Origin: Eledone cirrhosa
Lineage: Eukaryota
Assembly: GCA_964016885.1 (NCBI GenBank)
Contig: OZ024744.1
Location: 97,588,001 to 97,652,000, forward strand
DNA: 64,000 bases
Direction of reading: 5' to 3'
Below the pieces are notes generated by a model, which saw only the letters and a program-made list of their open reading frames with translations, was not told where the DNA came from and searched no databases. Made by a program: the position numbers and the translations under genes. Shown here in pieces: positions 52,629 to 64,000 of this stretch; within the stretch, counting starts at the first letter, position 1, and every line of letters begins with the position of its first letter.

Positions 52629-55400
52629 GACAATCATCTCTGCCTATGCTCCCTGAGCAGGCCTAGGCAAAGATGAGAAAGACTGCTTTTATGAGCAACT
52701 TTTACAAACAACTGCAATGAGAGAGGACGGAGACATCGTTATGCTAGCAGGGGACTTCAATGGTCATGTTGGACAGCTCCAGGATGGTTACACTGGGGTA
52801 CATGTTGGGCACGGTTACAGCTCAAGAAATGAAGAAGGAGTGAGACTTCTTGAATTTTGTGATGCAAGTACATTGACTATTTACAATACTAACTTCCAGA
52901 AACCTGCTAACACCTAATAACCTACAAATCTGGTGAGCACATAAGCCAGATTGATTTCTTACTAGTTAGGCAGCGAGACAGGCAGATGGTGTCTAATACC
53001 AAGGCATACCCTGGGGAAGAATGTACCCCACAGCATAGGTTAGTCGTTAGTGATATCCCAGTAAGCAAGAGATGGAATGAGACATACAGGAAGGTGTGGA
53101 GAAGAAAGGTCTGGAAGCTAAAAGACCTTTCACTAAAATACAAATTTAGGAAAGCCCTTCAAGATGTATTTGACGAAAAAGAAGACGATTTAGAGACGTA
53201 TGACAGATGATAACTGGAATTTCTTACGTGATAACTTACTGCAGGCTACTGATGAAACTTGTGGCTGGAGCAAAGATCCAACCAGACAGAGAGTGACGTG
53301 GTGGTGGAACAGCACAGTAGATAAGGCCATTAGAGACAAAAGACTAGCATGGAAGGCTTGGAAAAAGGGTGGGAGTAGAGAAGGATATACAGCCGCTAAG
53401 AGAGAAGCTAGACATCAGGTGTACTTAGCACACAGGGAGGCTGAGAGTAGGAGGTTTGCCAATGTTCTGCGATGGGAAGATCAGAGTCGTGCTGTGTTCC
53501 ACATTGCAAGGCAGTGTGTCAATGCAAATCAGGATGTTGTTGGAGATAAATGTGTTTGGAATGATGCCGGTGTACTTAGTGTCACGAATAATCAGAAAAA
53601 GGAGGCCTGGAAATGTCATTATGAGAGACTGATCAATGTGGAGAACGAATGGGAGAGAGAGAAATTACCCTCAGTAGATCCGACAGAGGGACCAGCTATT
53701 GAGATTGACAAATATAGGGTCCAAGAGGCGATTAAGGAAATGAAAAATGGTAAGGCTGCTGGACCATCGGGGATAGTTGCTGAGATGCTGAAGGCATCAG
53801 AGGATGTAGGCACTAAACTGGTTGCACGCATCATCAATCAGGCTATTTATGGTGGTGTCATACCCAAAGACTGGTGCAGCAGTATTCTCATAAATTTCTA
53901 CAAAGGTAAAGGGGATGCTCTGGAGAGGAGCAATTATAGGGGTATAAAACTGATGGATCAGGTTATGAAAGTGGCAGAAAGGATATTAGCACAACTAATT
54001 AGAGAAAGGGTCAAACTAGATGAGATGCAGTTTGGTTTTTTGCCTGGGAAGAGTACAACAGATGCCCTCTTCTTGGTGAGACAATTACAAGAGAGGTTTT
54101 TAGAGAAAAATAAGCCACTATACTTAGCCTTTGTTGACCTAGAGAAGGCCTTTGATAGGGTTCCCCGATCTGTCATCTGGTGGTCCCTAAGGAAACTAGG
54201 TGTTGAGGAATGACTTGTGAGGACAGTGCAAACTTTGTACAGAGGTACTGTCAGTAAAGTCAGGGTAGGAATGGAGTTTAGTGAGGAATTCCAGATACAA
54301 GTAGGAGTACATCAAGGTTCGGTCCTCAGCCCGCTCTTGTTCATTATAGTCCTCCAAGCCATAACAGAGGAGTTTAAGACTGGCTGTCCATGGGGACTTC
54401 TCTATGCTGACGATCTGGTTCTTATAGCAGAATCAGTAGAGGAACTATAGAATAAATTCTGGCTATGGAAACAACAGTTGGAAGCAAGAGGACTGAGAGT
54501 GAATCTAGCTAAGACAAAAGTGTTGATGAGTAGAAAAGAGGACAAAACCCTGATTCCGTCAGGGAAATGGCCATGTTCGATATGCAGAAAAGGAACTGGC
54601 ATAAATTCTATAAAATTCACACAATGCAGATCCTGGGTACACAAGAGATGTAGTGGGATAGCAGGCAAACTAACAGGTAAGGAGAAATACATATGCAGTA
54701 GATGTCAGGGAAATTAGACAGTAGAAGTCGCATTGATAGACACATTTTTCAAATGCAGGCGGGTGCTATAGAAGTGGTGGATAGCTTCCGGTACCTAGGA
54801 GATCAGATTAGCATGGGAGGGGGGTGTTCCAAGGCCATAGTATCTAGAATAAGGATGGGTTGGAAGAAGTTTAGGGAGTTGCTTCCTCTGCTGACAAAGA
54901 AGGGTTTCTCCCTGCATACAAAAGGGCGGTTATATGATGCCTGTGTGAGGAGCGTGATGCTGCATGGTAGTGAGACATGGGCAGCAACTGCAGAGGATAT
55001 GCGACGGCTGGAGAGAAATGAAGCAAGCATGCTCCGTTGGATGTGCAATGTCAATGTACGTGAACGACCCAGCATGAATGTGTTGATAGAGAAACTGTGT
55101 CTGAGAGGGATAGAATGTAGTGTGCGAGAGAGGAGACTGAGGTGGTATGGACGTGATATGCATGGTGGATGACCGATGGGTGAAGAAGTGCCAGGAAATG
55201 CCAGTTGAAGGAAGACGTGGTAGAGGTAGACCACGATAAACATGGGCGGAGGTGGTGAGAACAGACCTCAGATCATTGAAGCTCACGGTGGAGATGACGA
55301 AGGACCGTGACAAGTGGAGAGATGATGTGCTGAATAAGACCCGTCCCACCCTTGCAAGCAGGGAAAAAGCGGACATAAAATGATGATGATGATGATGATG
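52629..55400 (+). mobile_element. Long 5'-truncated RTE-clade LINE (APE endonuclease, RT, Cys/His finger), inactivated
   Basis: TIISAYAP, AGDFNGHVG, NEEGVRLLEFC, KAAGPSG, NYRGIKL, QFGF..STTDA, AFVDLEKAFDRV, GVHQGSVLSPLLF, LLYADD, RYLG, LRWYG. Several stops and frameshifts, (TGA)n tail. Confidence 0.95.
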
Positions 55401-55453
55401 ATATATATATATAAATAAACAAACATGTAATCAAAACTTCATCGTTTTCCTTA

Positions 55454-55494
<41 letters not shown>

Positions 55495-55527
55495 TATACA
55501 TATATATATGTATATATATATATATAC

Positions 55528-55558
<31 letters not shown>

Positions 55559-55951
55559 TATATACATACACATATATATGTATAAATATATATATATACA
55601 TATATATATACATATATATACACATAGATATATACATATATATACACATATATATATATATATATACATATATATATACATACATATATATATACACACA
55701 CACACATACACATACATGTACATACATATATATATACACTTTGACTAGAAAAATATCCGACCCCAAATAATGATACAATAAACATTTATCTTATTTGGTC
55801 ATCATGCTTTTGAATTGTACTTATTTAGAGTAAAGTTCAGACAGTAGTATCTCTTTATATATAGATATATATATACATACATACATATATACATACTTAT
55901 ATATATATATATACATACACACACACATGCATATACATATATATATGTATC

Positions 55952-56031
<80 letters not shown>

Positions 56032-56034
56032 TAC

Positions 56035-56336
56035 ACCACCCCTTTCGATGTAAAGTTATGTTGGTACCACAACATCCAGTCCTAAAAAACTGAGGTCGTG
56101 TCGGTGTCACGAAAAAAAAAACACACAGTACACGCTGTAATGTGGCCGTGTAGGTAACACGGTAAAAACCTCCCAGTCCACACTGTAAACGTGGTTGGTG
56201 TTAGGAAGGACATCCAGCCGTAGAAAACCCGCCAGACAGTCCTGAGCAAGACAACCAATCTTGCCTCAAGTGGGACAATTGCCGTCCAGACCCATGCTAG
56301 CGTGGAAAATGGACGTTAAACGATGATGATGATGAT
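56035..56336 (+). mobile_element. Isolated long-type RTE 3' UTR (unexpanded)
   Basis: Collinear with 41407-41720. Confidence 0.8.
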
Positions 56337-56432
56337 ACATGTGTATATATTTATTCTGATTTCTTTTTTTCTTTTTACCTTTGATATTTTATGCCATGCG
56401 TCATCAAGTCAAGAAAGAATACAACCTAAATG

Positions 56433-56468
<36 letters not shown>

Positions 56469-56909
56469 GGATGGATAGATAGCTAAAGAGATATATATAT
56501 ATAGAGAGAGGGAGTGAGTGTGTGAGAGAGAGAGAGCGGGGAGGGGGGATATCATGATTTGTGTGTATTTAATGAAAAAAAATAAATTATAACTAACTAT
56601 ACCCTTTAATCTTTCTCACTAAGTGAATAACTAAACTCATATTTTTCCCCCAAAGCATGACCTTTCTAAAACAAGACCTGAAGTGACAACCTTTAAGGTC
56701 AGACAACAAATTTACGATGGATAATTTGTTGAAAATTTCCGATTGTTGTATTTAGATGCTTAGTAGCGACATAGTCTTATTCTGTTTTAAATTCTGATGA
56801 GTGAAGACAATATAATATCACAGTAAAAGAAAACTTAGAACCTAACAAACACAGTCTTAGTTTGTAAAGTATTTCTGTCTCAAACATCTTGACAGTTTTT
56901 TTTTATAAT

Positions 56910-57215
56910 AATGGTTTCATTTATTGACCACAAGGGCTGACATATAGGGGACAATACTAAGACAGGGACAGTGGAGGGTTTACAATAAAATCAAGTAAAA
57001 ATATACAATAACAAAAACAATCAACAATGAATATATATAAAATATAAAATATATTAAAAAGATATATAACAAAATAAAATTCATCAATAGGGAAGGGGGG
57101 GGTAACCACCCAGGGGCGACTCAGGTACTCCACAATCCTCCAAGGGCACCTGGGAAGGGCAGCCCTCTCCTCCTCAAATTAACTAGCCTACAGGTGCATG
57201 TTCAGAGTAGGCCCA
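56910..57215 (-). mobile_element. Tx1/L1 3' end remnant
   Basis: Reverse-complement similarity to 58810-59125. Confidence 0.7.
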
Positions 57216-57241
57216 TAATTTTATGCCGCTAAGCATGTTAT

Positions 57242-57456
57242 CACAAGGCCAGCAATTACTCCAGTGTATTACTGGTACTTTATTTTATCGACCCCCGTAA
57301 GGATGAAAGGCAAAGTTAACCTCGGCAGGATTTGAACTCAGAATGGTTCAACTCCCACCGAGGTTAACTTTGCCTTTCATCCTTACGGGGGTCGATAAAA
57401 TAAAGTACCAGTAATACACTGAGGTAATTGCTGGCCTTGTGCCAATAGTAGAAACA

Positions 57457-57489
<33 letters not shown>

Positions 57490-57544
57490 GACAGTAAGCC
57501 GGTGGATTGGCAGTATCGGCAGAGGGTCGGACGAAATGCTTTGC

Positions 57545-57597
<53 letters not shown>

Positions 57598-57825
57598 TGT
57601 TTCTACTTTTGGCAAAAGGCCAGCAATTACCCCAGTGCATTACTGGTACTTTATTTGATTGACCCCCCCCCCCCCACCCGTAAGGATGAAAGGCAGAGTT
57701 AACTTCGACGGGATTTGAGATTAACTTTACCGTTCATCCTTACGGGGGGGATTGATAAAATAAAGTACCAGTAATGCACTGGGGTAATTGCTGGCCTTGT
57801 GCCGTAAGTAGAAACAATTATTATT
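57242..57825. mobile_element. Two consecutive head-to-head inverted SINE A pairs
   Basis: 57242-57345(-)/57346-57460(+) and 57597-57718(-)/57721-57820(+), joined by (ATT)n and (AAT)n runs. Confidence 0.82.
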
Positions 57826-58339
57826 AAAGAACCAAGTGATGGGAGAGAGAAGAGAAAGAAAATGTAAAGGTTTTATATTAGAATGGAGTGACAAAGCCAG
57901 ATGCAGCCAAAATGAACAAAACTTTATAGACAGAAAATACCAAATGCGTCACATTTGGTATAAATTAGTGAAGAATAAAACACTTTCAGCGAAATAAGTT
58001 AAAGAATTACGATGTTACTTGAAACCCCGACATTTCCAATTAAATTTTGGTTCTATTTTCTGGTTTATACATCAGCATGATAAAGGTTAGATTCCCATTA
58101 TTATTGTAATTATTATTATTATTACTATTATTATCTTGTTAAGGGTACATACATTTTATTGCACTCTACTCTATGAGAGCCTTTCTGTAACTCTTAAAGT
58201 AGAACTGATTTGATTATCCTCTTAGACAAAAAAAGAAAAGAAAAAGATTAAGTTGGGAGAAGGAAGTACTGTCTCCTCCTCTCCCCCCCCCCACACTGTA
58301 CCTCACCCCCAACCCACTCCACCCCACCACACCCAAAAT

Positions 58340-59135
58340 ATTTGTTAAAAGGTGGGTGAATGTAGAGAGAACGGGCCCCAAGTGAATGGGCCTTATGGGC
58401 CTACTATCTTTTTAAACATGCGCGTGTATGCTGGAAAGAACATAGGGCAGAGGGGCACTTTCCTGTGATGCCCTTGATACTTAGAGTGATCTCAAATTTG
58501 TGGGGTGCCATAATTACCCTTGGGTGGTGCTTACCCATATTGGAGATCTCTGTTGTTATAAATTTATTGATACTTTGTTACCTGTTTGTTTCTGATTACT
58601 CGATTTATGTAAATCCTCTTTTTTTTTTTTTGGCCCATAATTTGTTTATTGGCCCCGTGGCCAATAAACAAATTATTATTATTATTATTTCTCTTTGGCC
58701 ACTCATCAATTTTTTCAAATTTCACTTGGAAAGGAAGGTGAGGGTAGCAAGAGAAGTGCTACATTTGCTAAAAGGTGGATGAATGTAGCGAGAATGGCCC
58801 GTGTGAGTGGGCCAACTCTGACTATGTGCCTGTAGGCTGTTTAATTTGAGGAGGAAAGGGGGTGCCCTCCCTGGGTGCCCTAGAAGCATTGGGTGGTTCA
58901 AGATTGGTAGGATACCTGAGTCGCCCCTGGGTGGTTCACCCCAGCCCCCCTTTTGGGGAATTTATTTTGTTATGTTTATACATAGTTTATTTTATATTTT
59001 TCATTGTTAAATTGGTTTTGCTATTGTGCACTTTTACTCGAGCTTATTGTAAACCCTCCACTGTCTCTGTCTTTGTATTGTCCCCTACATGTTGGCCCTT
59101 GTGGCCAATAAATGAAATCCTTATTATTGTTATTA
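58340..59135 (+). mobile_element. Two tandem Tx1/L1 3' ends
   Basis: FVKRWVNV.. and LINFFKFHLERKVRVAREVL..KRWMNVARMARVSGP match the C-terminus of the 20965-21636 ORF. Both end gtggccaataaa(att)n. Confidence 0.75.
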
Positions 59136-59759
59136 TATGGCCCTTGCCATTCTGAGTTCAAATCCCGCCGAGGTTAACTTTGCCTTTCATCCTTACGGGG
59201 TCGATAAAATAAAGTACCAGTAATGCACTGGGATAATTGCTGACCTTGTGCCAAAATTAGAAACAATTATTATTGTTATTATACTAACCAACTGGAAGTA
59301 TATAATAAATTGAAGTGAAAACCAACAGGTGGGTGTGTTTTTATTGGCAGCATCACCCTCCCAACGTATAACAATGTCTGTTTCAACACACATTTTCAGA
59401 TAAGAAATCTTGCAAAACAAATACAAAAACGAAGTATATTATAATTATTTTTCCATTTTCTTTAAAGATATATAATTGCCTATTAAGACTGATACTTCAA
59501 TTTGGGGACATATGGAGATCCTTGATAACAATATCTAGCCACATTCCCTGACCTCCATGTCTGTCTGTGTGTATTGGCATAGCTCAAACGAAGTCGCAGG
59601 TTTTATATCAGAGTAACCTTCTCCTAGAGAGATGTCTTAATGAAGACTAGGAGTCACTCAATCTACTGCACATCCTAAAAAAAACATACATACATACACA
59701 GACACACACATATACCTACATACATACATACATACATATGTGTACTACAGTGGACTTGC

Positions 59760-60395
59760 ATCATCATCATCATCATCATCATCATCGTCACCATCATTTA
59801 ACGTCCATTTTCTACTCTAGCAAGGGTTAGACAGGTTCTCCCATTAGAGACAAGTTCAGTCAGGTGACCATGGTTTGTTCCTGTAGGACTGTTTCTGGCT
59901 AGATGCCCTTCCTAATGCCAACAATATTTACAGTGTGTGTTGGGTGCTTTTTTGTTGTGACACCTACATGACCACTTTACAGTATGGACTGGGTGCATTT
60001 TGTTGTGACACCTACATGACCACTTTACAGTATGGACTGGGTGCATTTTGTTGTGTCACCTACATGACCACTTTACAGTATGGACTGGGTGCATTTTGTT
60101 GTGACACCTACATGACCACTTTACAGTATGGACTGGGTGCATTTTGTTGTGACACCTACATGACCACTTTACAGTATGGACTGGGTGCATTTTGTTGTGT
60201 CACCTACACGACCACTTTACAGTGTGGACTGGGTGCTTTTTGTTGTGACACCTACATAACCATTTTACAGGGTGGTCTGGGTGCTTTTTGTTGTGACACC
60301 TACACGTTCACTTTACAGTGTGGACTGGGTAGTTTTTGTTGTGACACCTACACACCACTTTACAGTATGGGATGGATGCTTTTAATGATACCAAC
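59760..60395 (-). repeat. RTE 3' UTR derivative with a 48-bp minisatellite (~9 units)
   Basis: Homogeneous units with the same tail. Confidence 0.88.
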
Positions 60396-61017
60396 CCAAC
60401 ATAAATGTTGAATGGAATCTCAAGGGAAGAGAAATTTTTAAATACAAAAATATTAATTTTCTTCACATAGCAAATTATGGTTATGGGAAAAGAGAAATTT
60501 AATAATTGCTTCATATAACAGCCTTCTTGTGGGCGTTAACTAAAGGTTATAACTAACTAACAAACTGAGAATTTATATAACATCAACTAAGTTAACATTT
60601 GGCATGTATATTTCTGTAGACTTGCTGCAGTTGTGTTATTATAATACAATATTAATACTGACTTTCAGTAGAAAAAAAAATAATAGTGTTTACATTGGTT
60701 TTTATAATATTTAATGCAGACATTGAAATTGTGTACATTAAAATATGTTGACCTTTTAACTGACAACATTTAGTTTATTGATATATCTTACATTTCCTGA
60801 AATAAATTAAATTAGTAATTTATTATAACTTGTAAGATAATATAATATAATATAATATATAATATAAAAACCAAAAGAGAGAAGGAATGGTTGTTTTATA
60901 TATATATGTTACTTTCATTTGGTTATTGTTGTTGATGTTGTTAAGTTAGGAAGGGAAGGAAGTACCCACAATCATTTTCATGGGTCTAAAAGATTGGTGA
61001 GAAAGGAGGAGGAGAAA

Positions 61018-61168
61018 AAGAAGAAGAAGAAGAAGAAGAAGAAGAAGAAGAAGAAGAAGAAGAAGAAGAAGAAGAAGAAGAAGAAGAAGAAGAAGAAGAA
61101 GAAGAAGAAGAAGAAGAAGAAGAAGAAGAAGAAGAAGAAGAAGAAGAAGGCAAAGAAGAAGAAGAAGA
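61018..61168. repeat. Near-pure (GAA)n tract
   Basis: Read directly. Source of the poly-K/S/L ORFs. Confidence 0.95.
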
Positions 61169-61192
61169 AACATCTAAAGCGATTAGCTTAAT

Positions 61193-61542
61193 GAGGCACA
61201 TGGCTTAGTGGTTAGAGCATTGGCCTTGCAATCGAAAGGTTGCGGGTTCAATTCTCAGAGCGGGTGATGTGTTGTTTCCTTGAGCAAGACACTTTATTTC
61301 ACATTGCTCCAGTTTACTCAACTGTAGAAATGAGATGATAGGGACTGGGGTCCCTATCATTCCACTGCAAAGTGGTCGTGGAGGTGCCATGGCAAAAAAG
61401 CACCCAGCACTCACTGTAAATGAGGTTGGTGTTAGGAAGGGCATCCAGCTGTAGAAATCAAGCCAGAATCAGTTCCCGTCCCACCCTTGCAAGCAGGGAA
61501 AAGCAGACGTAAAATGATGATGATGATGATGATGATGATGAT
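61193..61542 (+). mobile_element. Chimeric SINE, full length
   Basis: A-box tggcttagtgg, B-box ggttcaattc, CORE-like ccttgagcaagacactt..ctgtagaaatg, hairpin, 48-bp unit and RTE tail. Confidence 0.88.
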
Positions 61543-61806
61543 GTAGTCTCTGTCAAAGTTACCCAAAGCTCCCAAGATACCCAAGGCTAGATGTTGTTGC
61601 TAAATAGATTTTAATCAACTTTCCCCTCCTCCAAAATTGCTGGCCTTGTGCCTATATGAGAAGCCATTATTTTATGTTTGCTTTCCATGCTGGCATGGGT
61701 TGGATAGGTTGGATGGGTTGGGTGGGTCTGTCAAATATGGATACATGTAAATATCTACATATATTCATAGGTGGATTTCAAAATGCCTTCTCTCTCTCTC
61801 TCTTCC

Positions 61807-61876
<70 letters not shown>

Positions 61877-63414
61877 TATCTTTCTCTCTCTCCTTTTCCT
61901 TGTATGCTTAAAGAAAAAATAGCTCGAGCTTCTCACAAAAACAAACCAGCTTTATTCTTGAAACAAACGTTATCATTTGAACTTAGTTTTACTTGGTGTT
62001 GTATTCATAAAAACCTAAGATGGTATTATGTGAATAAAAAAATACATTTCTTCTTAAAACATTTCCAGATATTATGATTATCCTTCAGTTAAATCCCTAT
62101 AATCTATGGTAGATTAGCATAGCAGCAAAAGGACAAATCTTTTACTTTCATAAGCTGAAAGACACTGCCTAAGTACAATTATTAACAAAGTTTCAAGACA
62201 GATGAAACTGGCTTAATATCATCAAGAATTTTTGGGAGTAAGCATGAAGAATCACATGTTTAAAAAGCATCAAAATATCATTTTAACTCTTTAATTACCA
62301 TATTTCTAATGAAGGACATAACCTAATGGCTTTTAAATAACTTAAGATTCTTAAGGTTCTTAAGGTTCTTACATAAAATCATGATGGAAGCTTGTTAGTT
62401 AAATATAAACACTTTCAAAAACAGTTGTGCATTGTAGAATCAGGGATGATTTTAGGGAGTATCAAAATGTGCAAATAGTCAGTTTTCTAAAATAATGTAT
62501 CCCAGTATTAATTGAATACAGCAAAGCAACAAAAAGTTGTTGATGTTTTTTTCTTTAATTTGCATTTAAAATTTCATAGAATATGCAACAATTTAGGTGC
62601 ATATGTGGAGACTGAATTGGAACTTGTTATTATGGAAGATATTCACACTAAAGCCAATAACTGCAAACCTTACTCTGCTTCTTTATATTTGATCCTAGAT
62701 TTACTGAATGTGGATCAAATAGCTTTTTGTATTATGTTCTATGATACGAGTTAGCTGCATTCTACACAGTATGTTTTCACATTTGAACCAGCAATGAGAT
62801 AATATTGACTAGCAGATTGTGCATGTACTGATACTACAGAGGCATTTCTATTTGCCTCTTCAGTTATGAAACAAAAAAAAAAAATAGTCCAGAAGAAATA
62901 TTTTCATATGTAGGCTCAAAAGATGTTTTGAACAAATCAATCAATATCTTGATAATAAGAATATTAGTCATATTCTATAGCCTAATATTAATGTAATTCC
63001 AAATAATCAATGCTATTTTGGAAATCTGATGAGCGAGATTTAGACCCAATCAAAGAATATATTTGTTTATAAACAGAAAGCCAAGGAATTAAGTTCACTG
63101 TGATAGTTACACCCAAGAAGCCTAATAAAGTTTCTACTTTTGGCACAAGGCCAGCAATTACTCCAGTGTATTACTGGTACTTTATTTTATCGACCCCCGC
63201 CCGTAAGGATGAAAGGTAAAGGATAAGAACTCGGAACGTAAAGGGCCACAACTCTATGTTTCAAAGCATGGTGTCTGACGCTCTGCCAATACAGCCAAAC
63301 CACAATTGAAACAAGATTATGTGCAAGTATGGTGGTTTATATTATTGGTACTATGATTATATGGAGAAGATTTTTTTTTTTCAAAAATATAAAATTGGAA
63401 TATTTCTGAGCTTT

Positions 63415-63760
63415 ATCATCATCATCATCATCATCATTTTACGTCCGCTTTTCCCTGCTTGCAAGGGTAGGACGGGAACTGATTCTGGCTTGATTTCTAC
63501 AGCTGGATGCCCTTCCTAACACCAACCTCATTTACAGTGAGTGCTGAGTGCTTTTTTTGCCGTGGCACCTCCACGACCACTTTGCAGTGGAATGATATGG
63601 ACCCCAGTCCCTATCATCTCATTTCTACAGCTGAGTAAACTGGAGCAATGTGAAATAAAGTGTCTTGCTCAAGGAAACAACACATCACCCGGTCTGAGAA
63701 TTGAACTCATAACCTTTCAATTGCAAGGCCAATACTCTAACCACTAAGCCATGTGCCTCC
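63415..63760 (-). mobile_element. Chimeric SINE, full length
   Basis: Reverse complement of 61193-61542. Confidence 0.88.
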
Positions 63761-64000
63761 ATATATATGTATGTATGTATATATTTATATATATTGTCCA
63801 ACTCATGCAAGCATGGAAAAGCAGACGCAAAAACCCTCATCATCATGATAATATATATATATATACCATCATCATCATCATCATCATCATCGTCCATTTT
63901 TTTGTTTTTTCATGCTAGCATGAATTATGTGGGTTGTCCCATTTGAGGCAAGTCAGATTAGATGACTGTGTCTTGCTCATACTGAACTGATTCTGGCTCA

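Noticed and set aside
56790-56835. CTGATGA followed by a gtga/tcac stem
   Set aside because: No GAAA directly after stem II, so it is not a hammerhead.
61193-61265. tRNA gene call for SINE heads
   Set aside because: A and B boxes are present but continue into SINE bodies in many copies, with no convincing cloverleaf.

Overview
AT-rich, microsatellite-dense animal genomic DNA. The SINE, RTE and Penelope content suggests a coleoid cephalopod such as octopus (inference). One host gene is supported: a minus-strand nidogen-like gene missed by the ORF track. Three phase-compatible GT-AG exons (39189-39327, 19563-19768, 2712-2794) splice into the C-terminal part of a NIDO domain across introns of about 19.4 and 16.8 kb. 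The rest is intronic repeat: a complete but inactivated IR/DR Tc1 transposon, a long RTE LINE and fragments, Tx1/L1 and CR1 fragments, three kinds of decayed Penelope-like elements (PLEs), two tRNA-SINE families, TTAA, hAT and TA-type MITEs, and many tandem arrays. Four observations stand out. (1) About eight minimal hammerhead-ribozyme motifs lie in PLE-type modules beside (TA)n tracts, two as inverted pairs. (2) An RTE 3' UTR carries and spreads an expandable 48-bp minisatellite. (3) A chimeric SINE is built from a CORE-like head, that 48-bp unit and the tail of a second RTE subfamily. (4) Satellites have repeatedly arisen inside mobile elements. All calls were made by eye without database searches, and repeat boundaries are approximate.
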